The notes under the pieces are model-generated. The model had not been told where the DNA came from. It did not search any database and was given only the letters and a program-made list of their open reading frames with translations. DNA of 64,000 bases from Paraspadella gotoi (taxonomy: Eukaryota; Animalia; Chaetognatha). The DNA is taken from assembly GCA_051294375.1 (NCBI GenBank), contig CM119264.1, positions 27,167,340 to 27,231,339 of the forward strand, read 5' to 3'. The position numbers and the translations under genes were made by a program. Numbering within the stretch: position 1 is the first letter of the stretch; each line of letters begins with the position of its first letter. This document shows, one piece after another, positions 11,677 to 24,156 of the stretch.

Positions 11677-13673
11677 TCAAAGGTAGAATCGCCTTGTCCT
11701 TTTGTTCAAGTTTCGATCACGTGACATCGAGGCTTCACTTTTTTTCTTGATCGATGCAGCTTCAATCGCCGAACGTAAAGTTATAGATTTAGCCGGTCGC
11801 CACGCCCTCTCGGTATCGTCCGACGAATCCGGCGTCAAATAGAGGCGCTGATCCTCGTTCTTTTCGGCGTCGTGGATTTCCTTTGCCGGATTGTGCGACG
11901 ATCCGTTGCGGATACGAGCGGCGGCGCCATCATCGACTTCCCTCTTAACTCTGCCACCCAAAGCCTGAACTATCGCCATTTGAATCGCAGTTGAAGCGAT
12001 CGAATTTAATCCACCTCCTCCTCCTCCTCCTCCTCCTCCCCCAACAACCCCGTAGTCCCCCTAACCCCCCCTATTGCCCCCTAAGCCGGCTAGACCCCTA
12101 GGCCCCCTAACCCACCCAGCCCCCGGGTCGAGCCCCGACGTTGATGCCGATAGCGCCGAGCTTCCGCCGTCCGGAAGGAGGCCGGCTAGCGGTTGAGGGC
12201 GCCGGAAGAGGCGGAGCCGGGAGCGGCGCCACCGGCGGCGCCCGCTGGCGGAGGATGAGGGTGAACGGCGCCGCCCATTCCTCGATTGAGGACGAGCTGG
12301 TTGAGGGGTCGGAGTGAATGGGGGAGGGTGCAGGGGGGTGGTGATAAAAGGAGGAAAAATAAATTATGTAAATTGAGTAGTAAATGTCATTCATTCGTTC
12401 CAGGATTTACGCAGGAATTTAAAATTTTGTTTCTGAAATGAACAATTACAATGGTAAATAGGTTATTTTACCAAATTTCTTTTTTCCGGAAGAGAGAAAC
12501 TTAAGTTAAGTTAAGTTAAGGTAAGTTAACTTTTCTGGCATTGCTACCATGTAATATATTTTCACGAATGTCAGAAGTTATAGATTTTAACGAACAAACG
12601 GAAAAAAACAGGATTTATCGCAGAAAAGTTGCCGTTAAACAAGAAAATAACAAACGGTGTTCATATCGAGTTTACGGGTTGCTTGGCAATAAATTTTAAA
12701 GCCGTAGAAAGAAAGAACGAACTGGAATAATTATTTAATCATTTTTTTGTCGAATAGGGTGATGGAAAGCATCTAAAAAGCAAGCGAATAGTTATGAATT
12801 AATATTAAAACTAAAATTTATGTTTCTTTACGGACAAATGGAGCAAAGAAAAAAGCACTGGATTAAATAATTAATGAAATAATTATTTTTTTAAAAACAA
12901 ATGATTAGCTCTCCTGACTGATAAATAGAGCCAAGAAAAAAAAGCTCTGGATTAAATAATTAATGAGTTAATTAATTAATGGACGTCTCTCTTTACCGAC
13001 AAATAAAGCGGATTTTCGTATATCGACGTCGTCGTCGTCGTCGGCAACGTCGGCGCCGGAGGAAAATTCATCGGCAGAACTGATTCCGTCGTCGTCGTGA
13101 TTCTTTCTTGGTTTCCGGTTTCGTCGCCGGCGTCCGTTCCGTTGCTAGGCGACGATGTCGTCTCATTGGAAGCCGACGTGGTCGTCGTAGTTATCGTCGT
13201 CGTCGTGGTCGTCGTCCATTGTTCAGTGGGCGTTATGTAGTCGGGCGTCGAGTATCCGTTGTAGTAATTGGTCCATCGGTTGTAGTAATCTGCGAGGTGT
13301 TGTGATATTGCAAAATTACAATTGACTAACACTGTAACAGCTGTAACAGCTCTAAAAGCCCATACTCGAGGACTGATACTGCTCTTCGGTTGATTAATCC
13401 GGCCGCACACATCGATCCTTAATCCCGTCCAGAATGATAAATCTCTCGATAAAATTTCCGTCTCCAATTAAAAAAAAAAATTAAGTTTAAAAAATATATT
13501 GCCTTTCCGAGATTAAAAAAAAATCACGAGCGGCATTGTTATTTTATTTTCATAATAAGTTTACCTTGAATGTATTTGTAGTAAAACGAAAGATTAGTGT
13601 AAGGATCCCATTGTGCGCTGGTAAAAGGCAAGATAACTACGAAGAGAACGATGATACGAACAAAAGAATACAT
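11677..13673 (-). CDS. Secreted Tyr/Thr/Gly-rich protein with furin site; exons 13673-13565, 13289-12997, 12296-11677 (frameshifts in last exon)
   Basis: Exon 1 MYSFVRIIVLFVVILPFTSA|QWDPY is a signal peptide (not in ORF track). Intron phases 1 and 0 are compatible. Thr-rich mucin-like exon, GLGG-rich segment, RVKR. Confidence 0.7.
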
Positions 13674-14292
13674 TCTATACGCACGTTCGTTTCGTCGTTC
13701 TTCTCTTTGACTTTTCCCAGAGATCTTTTTTTTTTCATTCGGTCTTCCGTTAAAAGTGACGTCATTAGCAAAAAAGTTCTAATAGGATTTTCATAGTAAA
13801 CGAATAAAAAAAAATGAAAGAAAAACACCGAAAAATTCTGGTAAATGAAATTCAACGATTCACACGCAAATCATGCAACGATTACTTAACAGAGCCAGAG
13901 CTACTTTGGTTTTGATAAATTATTTTTCCGGTAAAACACGGAAATTTTTTTTACCTACAAACCTGATATTAATCAACGTAAATATGCATTATACTTTTTA
14001 CCTTAGGATATATTTCGTGCGAGTAGTAATGAACAGATATAATTCAATCTCGAACCTCGGTCCGAACTGTCTAGACTATTTAAAGCAATTTAAATATACT
14101 AAAATCTGTTTTAAATTTAAATCTATTTCTAACGTAAACGATAACAAAGGAAATGATCATGAGAGTGATAAATAAATGCTACCGATATTCTGCAGTATGT
14201 GTGAAAAATCATACTGTAAAACCAGTTTTAAATCAAGGCATAAATCATGGCTTAATTCAAGGCTTAAATAAAGCTTTGAATCAAACCTTTAA

Positions 14293-17200
14293 TCAAGGTT
14301 TTCTGCCGAACACGAGTAACGCTTTTTGAGAAAACAACTTTTTATCGGAGCCCTCGATATGAATTCGTTTGTGTTGCTTGATTCCGGCGATAAAATCCGC
14401 AATATATTCATCCTTCATGTCTTCGGGAATTGCGGAGATGCTTGGTTTCAAGGAAGTTATCATTCCCTCGAGAATGCCTGATTAAATAATAAGGATATGG
14501 TGTAATGTGTAACCTGAAAAAATCAATAAAATTAATAAAACCTTCGTGTTCGATTTGGACAAAGTATTCTTTCTTTTCCACTCTGACGACTTGAAGGCCG
14601 GTTGCTTCGACGAGACCCCGATAGCCTTGAGCCGGATCGGGGCGCCCCCAAGGGTTCAGAGACGCCACCCCCGGGACGATTCGACGAAGAAATTTTTGGG
14701 GGAGGTCTCCCCACTTATCCTTCATCACTTCGATGGCTGGAAATATTATCATATATCATTACTATCATTATGATTATATTACGTGAATTCGAATTTAGTT
14801 TTTGGTCTAACCCCTAAAACAAAATATTCATTGAAAATAATTATTGAAAATTATTGATTATTAACTTTGGGTTGGGAAAATAGAACTACAAATATTTGTT
14901 AGTGGATAATAAGGCGTAGTTAAAGTTTCAGATAAAAAGTCGAATAGTTTATAATGAACAGTCTGGTATTCACCATAGCAAATGTCACAATTTAAAAGTT
15001 TGAGGCGACTCAGTGGTTTTTTTCTTAGTTTTTGAAAACAGATTGGAATTCGTCATAAAAAGTTGATAAAAGAAAATATAAGTCTTAATCTAAATTCTTT
15101 CATTATGTTTGCTAAAATTTTTTTAAAAAATTTATACTAAAATTTAATTATAGGTTAATTATATCAGTTTTTTAGGATTTCGACCCACTTAATTAAATAT
15201 TTTTTTTTAAAAAGAGTTATATGACACAATGAAAAATAACGTGGCAAAACGGTCTCGTGCTGATTTTGTCCTTTTAAAATTGTTTCTGAGCCAAATTAAA
15301 TTGATCATTACTTTTGGTAATATGTGCGATAACACTACTGGACATTACTGTATCTGACCATAACCCTTGACCATCAACAAAAAAGTTAACTAGATCAAAA
15401 ATAGTAAAAAAGATGAAGCAATATAGCTCGAAACGCTTACAAAATTTGAACCATTGCTTATAAATGCAAAAAAAATTTATATTATTACACAAAACTTTAA
15501 CGATAACCTAATAGTTACCGAGACCAAGATGAATATTTTCTTACCCATCATTTCCTCATTTATATGAATCATTGTTTGTAATAGTCAATTAATCTAAATA
15601 ACAATATGACAAATTCATTTTCCAATTTTCTTTATGAATGGAAGTGTTCTCTGCTTACTCCCCTTATGTCTAATTTTTAATTTTTAAAAGGTATTTTTAA
15701 AACCTTATATAATTACTATATTTTTCACTTTTTTTCAATTCTTTCAAACAAAAACAACATCATAAAAACATTTAAATTAATAAAAAAAATTGATTGAAAC
15801 GATTTTGGAAAAAAATATTTTGAAACTTGAGAATAACTGGATTATGAGTTAGGAAAAAAATTTTGCAATTCTAAAAAAATCAGCCTCTAGCCTTTCGATT
15901 TTTCTAGAGGCTGATTTTTTATTTTTTTGATTATTTGATTTTCTATGGCAAAACCATTATTCTCAGATGAGACATAGGTTGGACGAAATTTTTTTCCCAA
16001 ACAATTTGGAACATTTCAACTTTTCTAATTAGGCTTTTTTGGGGGAATAATATAAATAAATTATTATACGATGGGTACATCTGAAAGTGATATGTCTCTA
16101 AATGCAACAAATTTTCTTCAAGTTTTATTTTGAAATTTAAGTATTGTACCAATAGAAATAAGTGAGATACTCCCGCTTTGCCAAAATTTTTATTTAACAA
16201 AGATTTGTACTGCGTAATTTAAAAAAAGTTATTTTTATAAATAACTTTTGAAAGAAAAGAGGTAGCAAGGTGATGTGGTATCGAATTAAAGCCCTAATCA
16301 TGGGAACACCTTTCTAAAAGAGTTTTATTAAATTAAAATCCATAAATCTTTAACACAGCTTTTTGTTTAAATCAGAGTTAAAATGATATACAGTTTTTTG
16401 CTTTAAAAATTTTAATGAAGGCATATAAAATTTTTTCTTTTTTCTTTGTAATTTGAAAAAGGAAAGACTGAATTACTTTGTTTATTATTAAATTTTTTTT
16501 ATTCCATAAAATTGCTTATATTTTTTCCAGTTAAAGTAAAAAACCAAGCAAAATTTATGTTGTAGCTTGATAAAATGTATTTTTAAATATTAAAATGATA
16601 AATACAAAAATGTTTTCAGCTTGATATAAACAGTCTGGACATCTACCTTCTTGTCTGTGGAAAAAAAATCGTCATTTTTCATTATCTTTAACTGCAAACT
16701 AAAAGCTTGACACACTGCTTGTTTATCATAATAAAGTTGTAAAAAATTATATAGCTGGTAACATATTTAGACAAAGCAAAACATCATTGTGTTAAATTGT
16801 ATTGATAATTTTTTTTTAAATATAGCAAGGAATTTAATTCTATTACTTATCATCCGTTTTAATTAAGAAAAAAAATTTGCGCGAATAGCCCATGGCAAGG
16901 GTTCATTGACTGACTTAATGATGAAATTTTTTAGATTTCTTTACTGCCCCCATTTTATAAGATATAAAAGGTCATGGTTATCATGTCAATAGTCCAGATT
17001 ATCTGTACCCTTTCTGCAACCTGCATTCAAATTTTCTTTTTTTCCCTTTCAAATGTATTAAATAAAAAAAATTATTTGAAAGAACAATCGGCGTGGAGGA
17101 TGCCATTGGTAAACTTTAGTTACCCCACTTCCGATCGAATTTTTTAATAGGGTTTTTTTTCATCTATTTGAGACATAACATTAACTATTAGTACTATTAT

Positions 17201-19132
17201 TTTTTTCTATTTTATCTATTACAATTCTATGAATAGATATGAATAAGTAACTTTTTTTTAAAATTTATCATCTTTCACCCTATATTCAGTCATATCAAAA
17301 AAACAAAAAAAGATTTTGCATTGATATTTTGGATATCAGCATATGAAACTATAAAGTTTCAAAAAATAAAAAGAAATATAATAATATTGAACAGTGAATT
17401 TTTTTTATGCACGGAACAGTAACGTTACGCCATTTTTCATTGTGTCATATATTCTTTGCTCAACTTTTCCTGCTTTCAAAACGAATAAAAAAAACCATTT
17501 TAATATCATGACAGGTACAAAACTGTCAATGATCTACTATTCGAATTTTTATTCTACTTGATTTTAAAATATTTGATACGCTTAATTGGATACTGATACA
17601 TTTTATTATTTTAATTTTTAAGTTTAAGATTATAACATATTATATTATATTCTAATTTTAGGTCGAAAAATTATATACAGCTTAAAAATATTTTTGACGT
17701 GTCTAACAAAATGCCAACTCAATGCTATCGTTTATACTCATATTCAATATTACCCGTCAAAAATTCGTCGCCAATTTCCGCGGACAAGAGAAAAACGAAT
17801 ATGCCTCTTTTTTTGAGACAAAACTTGACGTTTTCCAAGATTTGATTCTGATCCTCGACCCAATGGACGACGTTGTAACTCGTTACTAAATCGAATTGGT
17901 CCTCGAGTCCCAGATTTGACGCCAACGGTTGCCCGATGTCGGCGACGAAGAATTCCATGCCGGTCTCGTTGTCAGTGACGGGCGACGCGGTGACGGGCAA
18001 TGCAGACGTTCTCGTGACGATGCCCGGCGGATTGTCCGTCGCGTTACAAAAGTCTACGGCCGCTGGGGAAATGTCGAGCCCGACGATACGGGTTGGGTAT
18101 CTGAGAGAGAGATTTGGAATACGTAGACGCAGTACTTAATAAATCATAAACGTCGACCATTTCTTATAATAAAATAAAATAAAAAAATAAAGACGACTGA
18201 AGATTGGGAAGCAGAGAAAAAAAAGAAAAATGTAAGAAAAAAGAATCAGAAAGAAAACAAAAAGTATAAAAAAATGAATTCAAAGTAAAATCATTACTAT
18301 TAGTATTACCTATTTTCTCCGGTGATTTTCACGTTGAGTTGTGCGATTTTCTCCCTGAGATCACGAGTTACGTCTCCTGCGCCGCAACCGAAGTCGATCG
18401 CGGATTTGATCTCAACTTCGCGGACATTACTGGCGAGTGTCCACATAGGCAAAATAGTGTATAGTGTATAAATAGTGTATAAATATAATAGAGTGTCCAT
18501 ATTGGCAAAGTAGAATGAATAAGTTAGAGACTCTTTACTTGGAGTAAACATGCCTTAATAAAATATACCCCAGTAATTTTTTTTCACCGTTTAATATTTA
18601 TGGATAATTTTTATATTGGTTGTACTAATTTCATTAATTACATAATTTTGTGAAATAGACCCAGAAAATAATTTTATCCTATTGTTATTTGGATTTGGTC
18701 AGCGACGTCTAATTCGAGTTGCCCTCGTCGAAGTGACCAGGTGACAAGAAGGATATGCGCTCTGGACCAATTTCGCGGCTTGTTTACTTAGCTACGTAAA
18801 ATTTTCTTAAGGATCTCTCAGAGTTAAACAAACAAAATGAAACTGTCAAGAAGATAACAACAACAACAAAACCCCGTCCTCCACCTGCCTCACCTTTTCC
18901 CCTTCGACATCTCATCCTCAAAATCCGCCCAAGCCTGAGCCGCGAATTGACGCTGCATCGAGTTGTGCGCCGAGTAAATTTCCGGCGCGATAGTTTCTTC
19001 GCCGGATGACCGAGAGGCGGAACGGGAGAAGCGACGCGCCGAGAGGAGGGTCAGTGCCGGAAAGGAGGATTCGTGTGGGCGGGTCCGAAGAGGCGGAACG
19101 GCCGAGAGTCGCAACAACAAGACATGACGCAT
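14293..19132 (-). CDS. Class I SAM-dependent methyltransferase, juvenile hormone acid O-methyltransferase (JHAMT)-like; exons 19132-18894, 18429-18310, 18100-17754, 14736-14542, 14477-14293
   Basis: YSAHNSMQRQFA, IDFGCGAGDVT (motif I), IVGLDISP, FFVADI, FDLVTSYNVVHWVEDQ. All four GT-AG introns are phase-compatible. Arg/Ser/Leu-rich, nearly acid-free N-terminus resembles a mitochondrial transit peptide. Confidence 0.85.
14909..17585. mobile_element. Diverged copy of the 453-1081 foldback element, interrupted by an insertion
   Basis: TAAGGCGTAG terminus at 14909. 15040-15221 matches 667-850, and the match resumes at 17452 (TTCTTTGCTCAACTTTT vs TTCTTTTGTCAACTTTT). Confidence 0.65.
15222..17447. 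mobile_element. ~2.2-kb non-autonomous DNA transposon with ~40-bp TIRs and apparent TATA target-site duplication
   Basis: TATA|TGACACAATGAAAAAT ... ATTTTTCATTGTGTCA|TATA. No long ORF inside. Confidence 0.75.
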
Positions 19133-19499
19133 TGTTTTTTATTTTTAAATTTTTTGGTTTTTTGTTTTGTTTTTTTTTAATTTTTGATACAAGTCCTGAA
19201 AAATAAACGCGTCTTGGTGAAAGGAACAAAAATGGAGAAAATACGAAATAAGCGAAATAAGCAACTCCGTTATATATAACCCAAAGATTGTGTCAGAACG
19301 AGAGAGAGAGAGAGAAAGAGAGAGAGAGGTATTATTTTAAAACAAAACCGGTTCTCAATCGATGCCGAGATTTTCTTGACCAAAAACAGAACCGGTTTAT
19401 AGAAGAGAAAAAAAAATTAAAAAAACTTTATGTGTAAAAATAATATTGACAATAAATCTTCATAAAACGGCCAATACATTTATTCATGAAAAGGCATTA

Positions 19500-19639
19500 C
19501 TCCGTGTCCGTTCGCGAGTGACAACATTTACTTATATACCATGATACTGGACGTTTTTTGTGTAAAAAAAGAAAATTTTAAAAATATTCATCCAATGAGA
19601 AACGCATTTTTGGGGTGTCACTCGCGAACCGACGCGGGG
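19500..19639. mobile_element. 140-bp MITE with ~24-bp TIRs and TA flanks (Tc1/mariner-type)
   Basis: TA|CTCCGTGTCCGTTCGCGAGTGACA ... TGTCACTCGCGAACCGACGCGGGG|TA. Confidence 0.7.
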
Positions 19640-19910
19640 TATAAATAGAATTCAAATATATAAAATATATATAAATACGACATAAATTTTTCGTTTAAAC
19701 TAAATGGTAACCACTTGATTCGTAAATACATGAGAAACAATCTCAAACTGAATTAGTTACTTTTCTATCAACTAAATAGTCAGAAGGATCCATAAGCCAG
19801 GCAGTATTCCCGCCCACCGTTCTACCTCCGAGAGGCATTCCTCTTGGAAACATTCTCCTTGTTCAAATAATCCTAATGGCATTCCTCTTGGAGACATTCT
19901 CCTTGTTCAA

Positions 19911-22900
19911 CTAATCCTCATAATGGCATTCCTCTTGAAGGCATCGCTCGAGGATCTCTACGAAACGGAAGACGTCGACGAAGGAGTTGAAGAGAGGCGC
20001 CGCGGAGACTCGGAGGATGCAGGGTGGACGGAAGTCGCACTGGAAGAGCGGGATAGGAAGGAGTACAGAAAAGAGGCATGAAGCCGTTTCCCTATCAAAC
20101 CTTTAATCTCTTTCTTCATTTTTTATTTTATTTATATCTCGGTTTCGGTTAATCAGATTTGTACCTCGATCTCAAACAAATGTTTCTCTCTTTCCAGAAA
20201 TCTTTGAAATTGTATTAATCATTTTCATTACTCATTACTCATTGTCTATCAATCATTATTCTAATATCTATATTCATAGATTCAATTTATATTTCCTAGC
20301 AACTGATATTAATCGCTTCATTTCAGACCAAGCCTCTCGATTTCCCCAACCCATCCTTAGCTCACCATGATTCCTCTCGCTCTGACTCTCTCCCCCACAT
20401 CCCCCGCCGCTCCAACGAGTTCCACGGACATCTGCGCCCCGCGCTGCTGCGGGTCGTCGGGTGTTAAAATGCGGCAGTGGTCGGGAAGACGACGCCGCAG
20501 CAGCAGCTCCAAGTAGCCCGTCAGGAGGAGGGATTTGCGGCGGAGGGTCGGCATGGAGGTCTTGGAGAAGATCTCGAAGGCGGAGGAAGATTTGAAGGAG
20601 TGAGAGAGGAATGATTTTTTAAAACGCAGTTTGTCAGTCGGTTTATTTTTCTGTTTTCTCATGATCAATTGATTATTAAAAATTGAATCAAGATGCCCGC
20701 ATAGTTGTTATTTGTTATTAAAAATTGAGGTCGAAAGTTTTAAAAATATATATATATTTTATTATTTATTATATATATATATAACCTTATCAATCTTTAC
20801 CTCCATGCTGGCGAGAATCGGAAGAAGCTGAAGAGCGGTGGGTTGCTAATCCTGAAGGACTTCGCGCCAGGGGATTCATTAAGCGCTTCCGTCTATTGTT
20901 AATTAATTCGATTAATTATTAAATTAATTTAGATTAAATGACAGTTTTCGAGCTATAGATACGCCAACATGCTACAAGTCACATCCCCCTGAACGGCTCG
21001 GTAACATAACCGCGAAATGGTTAGGATCTTACTGACCTCTGGATCCTCGAACCGAAACCGGAACCTCGTTTCCGGTTCGAGTCCCCACCAGCCGGAAAGT
21101 TTGGTCAATGACGAAGGGTTCGTGTCGATTGTGAAGGAAGAATCCGCCGGGTGAACCGTGACAGGAATTTAAGTACTGTTAAACGATATATTGAAGAGAC
21201 AGTAATTATTGTTATATGTTAGTGACAGAACCATTCAATATAAGCAGTCCCTGAGCTTCGGATCAGGCTGTAACACCGTGTTACAGGCGGGTTAAGCGCC
21301 CCGTCCCTCTTAACTGCTAGGCGGCCACCGGGCTTGAACACTGGACCTTTGGGTTGGGGAGGCGAATGACTTGCCTCCGGCACTAATGGCCGCTGTGAAC
21401 GGTTGGTGGATTTTAGTCCACCATAATATATTGATTTTATTTGTTTAAATTCGATCGAGTTTACTGAACGCTGTAAGCGGTGTAAACAATAAATCTATCC
21501 AATTCACTAATACAATGTAATACAATACAATAGAATATACAATACAATATACATTATGCATACATAACCAATGTATAAACATGCAGCTGTGCCAGGATTT
21601 TACACTACAGAAAAAAATTATTCGTCTATCATTATCTAACATTACACAATATACAAACGCTATGTGTCGGGCTCGAACCCGGAACGGTTGCGGAGCAAAA
21701 TGACGAAAACGAAAGTAACTAGGAATTGACGACAATGCCGACCACCACCACCTTGTACGTGCACCAGACGGCGAAGTCGACGCCCCAATCGTGCAAAGCC
21801 AACTCGACGTTGCCTACGGCGTGGGCAAGGTCCCACGCCACGACGCAGCCGGCGTTACGCGCGGCGGAAGTGACTCGCGCCATCTCCAGAAGTTGACCAG
21901 TGAGGTAGTGGACGCCCGGGAGACAAACGAGGGCGATGGAGGATCCGTGGACGGCGATGGTCTGAAGGGGAAAAGTTAATGTGAGGTTAATAGAGCGGTG
22001 AGATGGTGAGAGGATGAAGAAGCGGTGAACCGGGTGAGGGGCCAATCAATGGTAAGTATCGAAAGGCTTTTCTATATCCGTCCTTAATATAATCGGATTG
22101 TTTCATGGTTAAAATGCTGTCTATGTTGTACTTAAACCTGCAAAATGTCTTCCGTTCTGAGAAAGGCTCTCCGTTTCTCGGTGATACGCGAATCAAGGCT
22201 TCTCTCGGGTCGAGCCCGTGGAAAATCGCCTGAGAAAGAAAAAAATGTCTTTAAACCCGGGATAGAATGTCCTTACGAGAAGACCCACCTTGACCACTTG
22301 ACTGCCGAAAAAATTAAGACCCTAAGACAGACCTCAACTTCACAGGTGCAGTAGATGGACGACCGACCTCACCTGACTTCGTAATGCACAGTAGATGGAC
22401 AGACTGACCTCACCTGACTTCGTAATTCGCAGTAGATGGACGACCGACTTCACCTGACTTCATAATGGGCAGTAGATGGACTGACCGACCTCACCTGACT
22501 TCGTAATGCGCAGTAGATGACGAACGACTTCACCTGACTTCGTAATTGCGCAGTAGATGGACTGACCGACTTCACCTGACTTCATAATGGGCAGTAGATG
22601 GACTGACCGACCTCACCTGACTTCGTAATGCGCAGTAATCTGACGGAAAAGAATCTTCGTCGAACAAAATCTTAAATCTCGTCGTCGTCGGTTTGTAGAA
22701 GGCGACGAGTCCCAGGTGGAGATTGACGCTGAGACCGTTCATGATGGCCACCTGGCGGGAAAAAGTAGCTGGAGCTGGGGCCGTTTTTATTATTAGTTAT
22801 CATTTGAATTATTTGGTGGCGCTTATCATTTTCTAATTAAAATTTGCTTTTGGTCCGATTTACCAACGACTTTTTTATCACAACATCGTAGATAATCGGT

Positions 22901-23881
22901 TGACTTTTGGACACACTCTTACTCATTCACTGTCAATCACTGTCTCTCTCTCTCTCTCCCATTCCCAACAACCTCTCCCGGTCTCGCGCCGACGATCCTC
23001 TCCATCTCTCGATCGATCAACTCCTCGATCTTCTCCCAGCGAACGCCGCGACCAACGAGGTCCGCGATGTCGATGACGTCTTGGGTTACGTCATTCCCGG
23101 CGCCGTCGACGTCGTTAATCGACGGAACGTGGTCCGAGGAGTTCTTCGACAAAGGCGCCGTCGACGCATCTGGTCCAACGCGCTTGTCCGTCGACGAAAG
23201 GTTCGTGGAGTCAAAGCTTCCATTTTCAACTCCATCGACAAAGACGTCGACGCCGTTTTTCGCGACCTCGTTTCGTCTTTTGGCGCTTTTTTGACGTGGA
23301 TCCGTCGCGTCGTATCCTTGCTTCTTATATCTTTTTACGTCGACGTTATCCTCGGCGTTATTCATGACGTCATCGTCGAAATTCCTCTCAGCCTGGTTGC
23401 GGTCAACGACCCTTCGAGCGTCCTCTCCGAGATTCGCCCATCTCTCCATCTCTCGTCGACAGAGCGCCGGCGCCATCCGAGGCTGCGGTCCGAGCGAGTG
23501 ACCAACAAAGTAGACCACTTCGTTGTCTTCATCGTTGACATCATCCGTCACTGAACCAAAAAAAAAAGTTTCAACTTTATAACACAATATGTACATTATA
23601 CAATACTTGTAAATCGACTATACTTTTCGGATGGTCTTTTATTTTAGGAATATTGAATTCTCTCCGCAGATGGCGACAAGGATCTCTCTCGTCCAAACAT
23701 TTCGCAAAGTCCTTGAAAATTAATAAAAATGGCTCAATTTTTTAGTTAAAATTTACTTAATAATGATATCAAAAGACACAACAATATATGTAAGTTACTT
23801 ACGCGTGAACTGAGATCCAAATTTAACTTTTTTGGTCAGATTTTCTAGAGTCGATAACGGATTAACTTCGTTGTCGCTCAT
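19911..23881 (-). CDS. KYNU: Kynureninase (PLP-dependent), ~10 exons, a few 1-nt frameshifts
   Basis: [83 protein letters not shown]|[45 protein letters not shown]. These occur in the order of eukaryotic kynureninase. Confidence 0.95.
21193..21392 (-). mobile_element. tRNA-derived SINE in a kynureninase intron
   Basis: Minus-strand head CGGCCATTAGTGCCGGAGG...GGTCCAGTGTTCAAGCCCGGTGGCCG (A/B-box-like). The body is repeated at 25250-25354. Confidence 0.65.
22348..22637 (-). repeat. 40-41-bp minisatellite x7 made of an exon end plus its 5' splice site
   Basis: CAGTA recurs at 22349, 22389, 22430, 22470, 22511, 22551, 22592 and 22633. Minus-strand unit TACTGCGCATTACGAAGTCAG|GTGAGGTCGGTCAGTCCATC. 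Confidence 0.95.
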
Positions 23882-24057
23882 ATCTAGGCAGGTCTTTCTT
23901 CTTTTAAAAAATTCAAAAACCTTTGTGAATACTTTTACTATTTATTACAATTCCCAGTAGCATTTCAAACTTTCAACAAATTCAAAAAAGGCAAGAAGAA
24001 AAAAAGAACGTGAAGTCTTATTCGAACAAAAGGAATGGTTATTTGTACCGCGGTGAG

Positions 24058-24156
<99 letters not shown>

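Noticed and set aside
22348-22637. CRISPR-like array
   Set aside because: Units are contiguous with no unique spacers, there are no cas genes, and the context is a eukaryotic intron.
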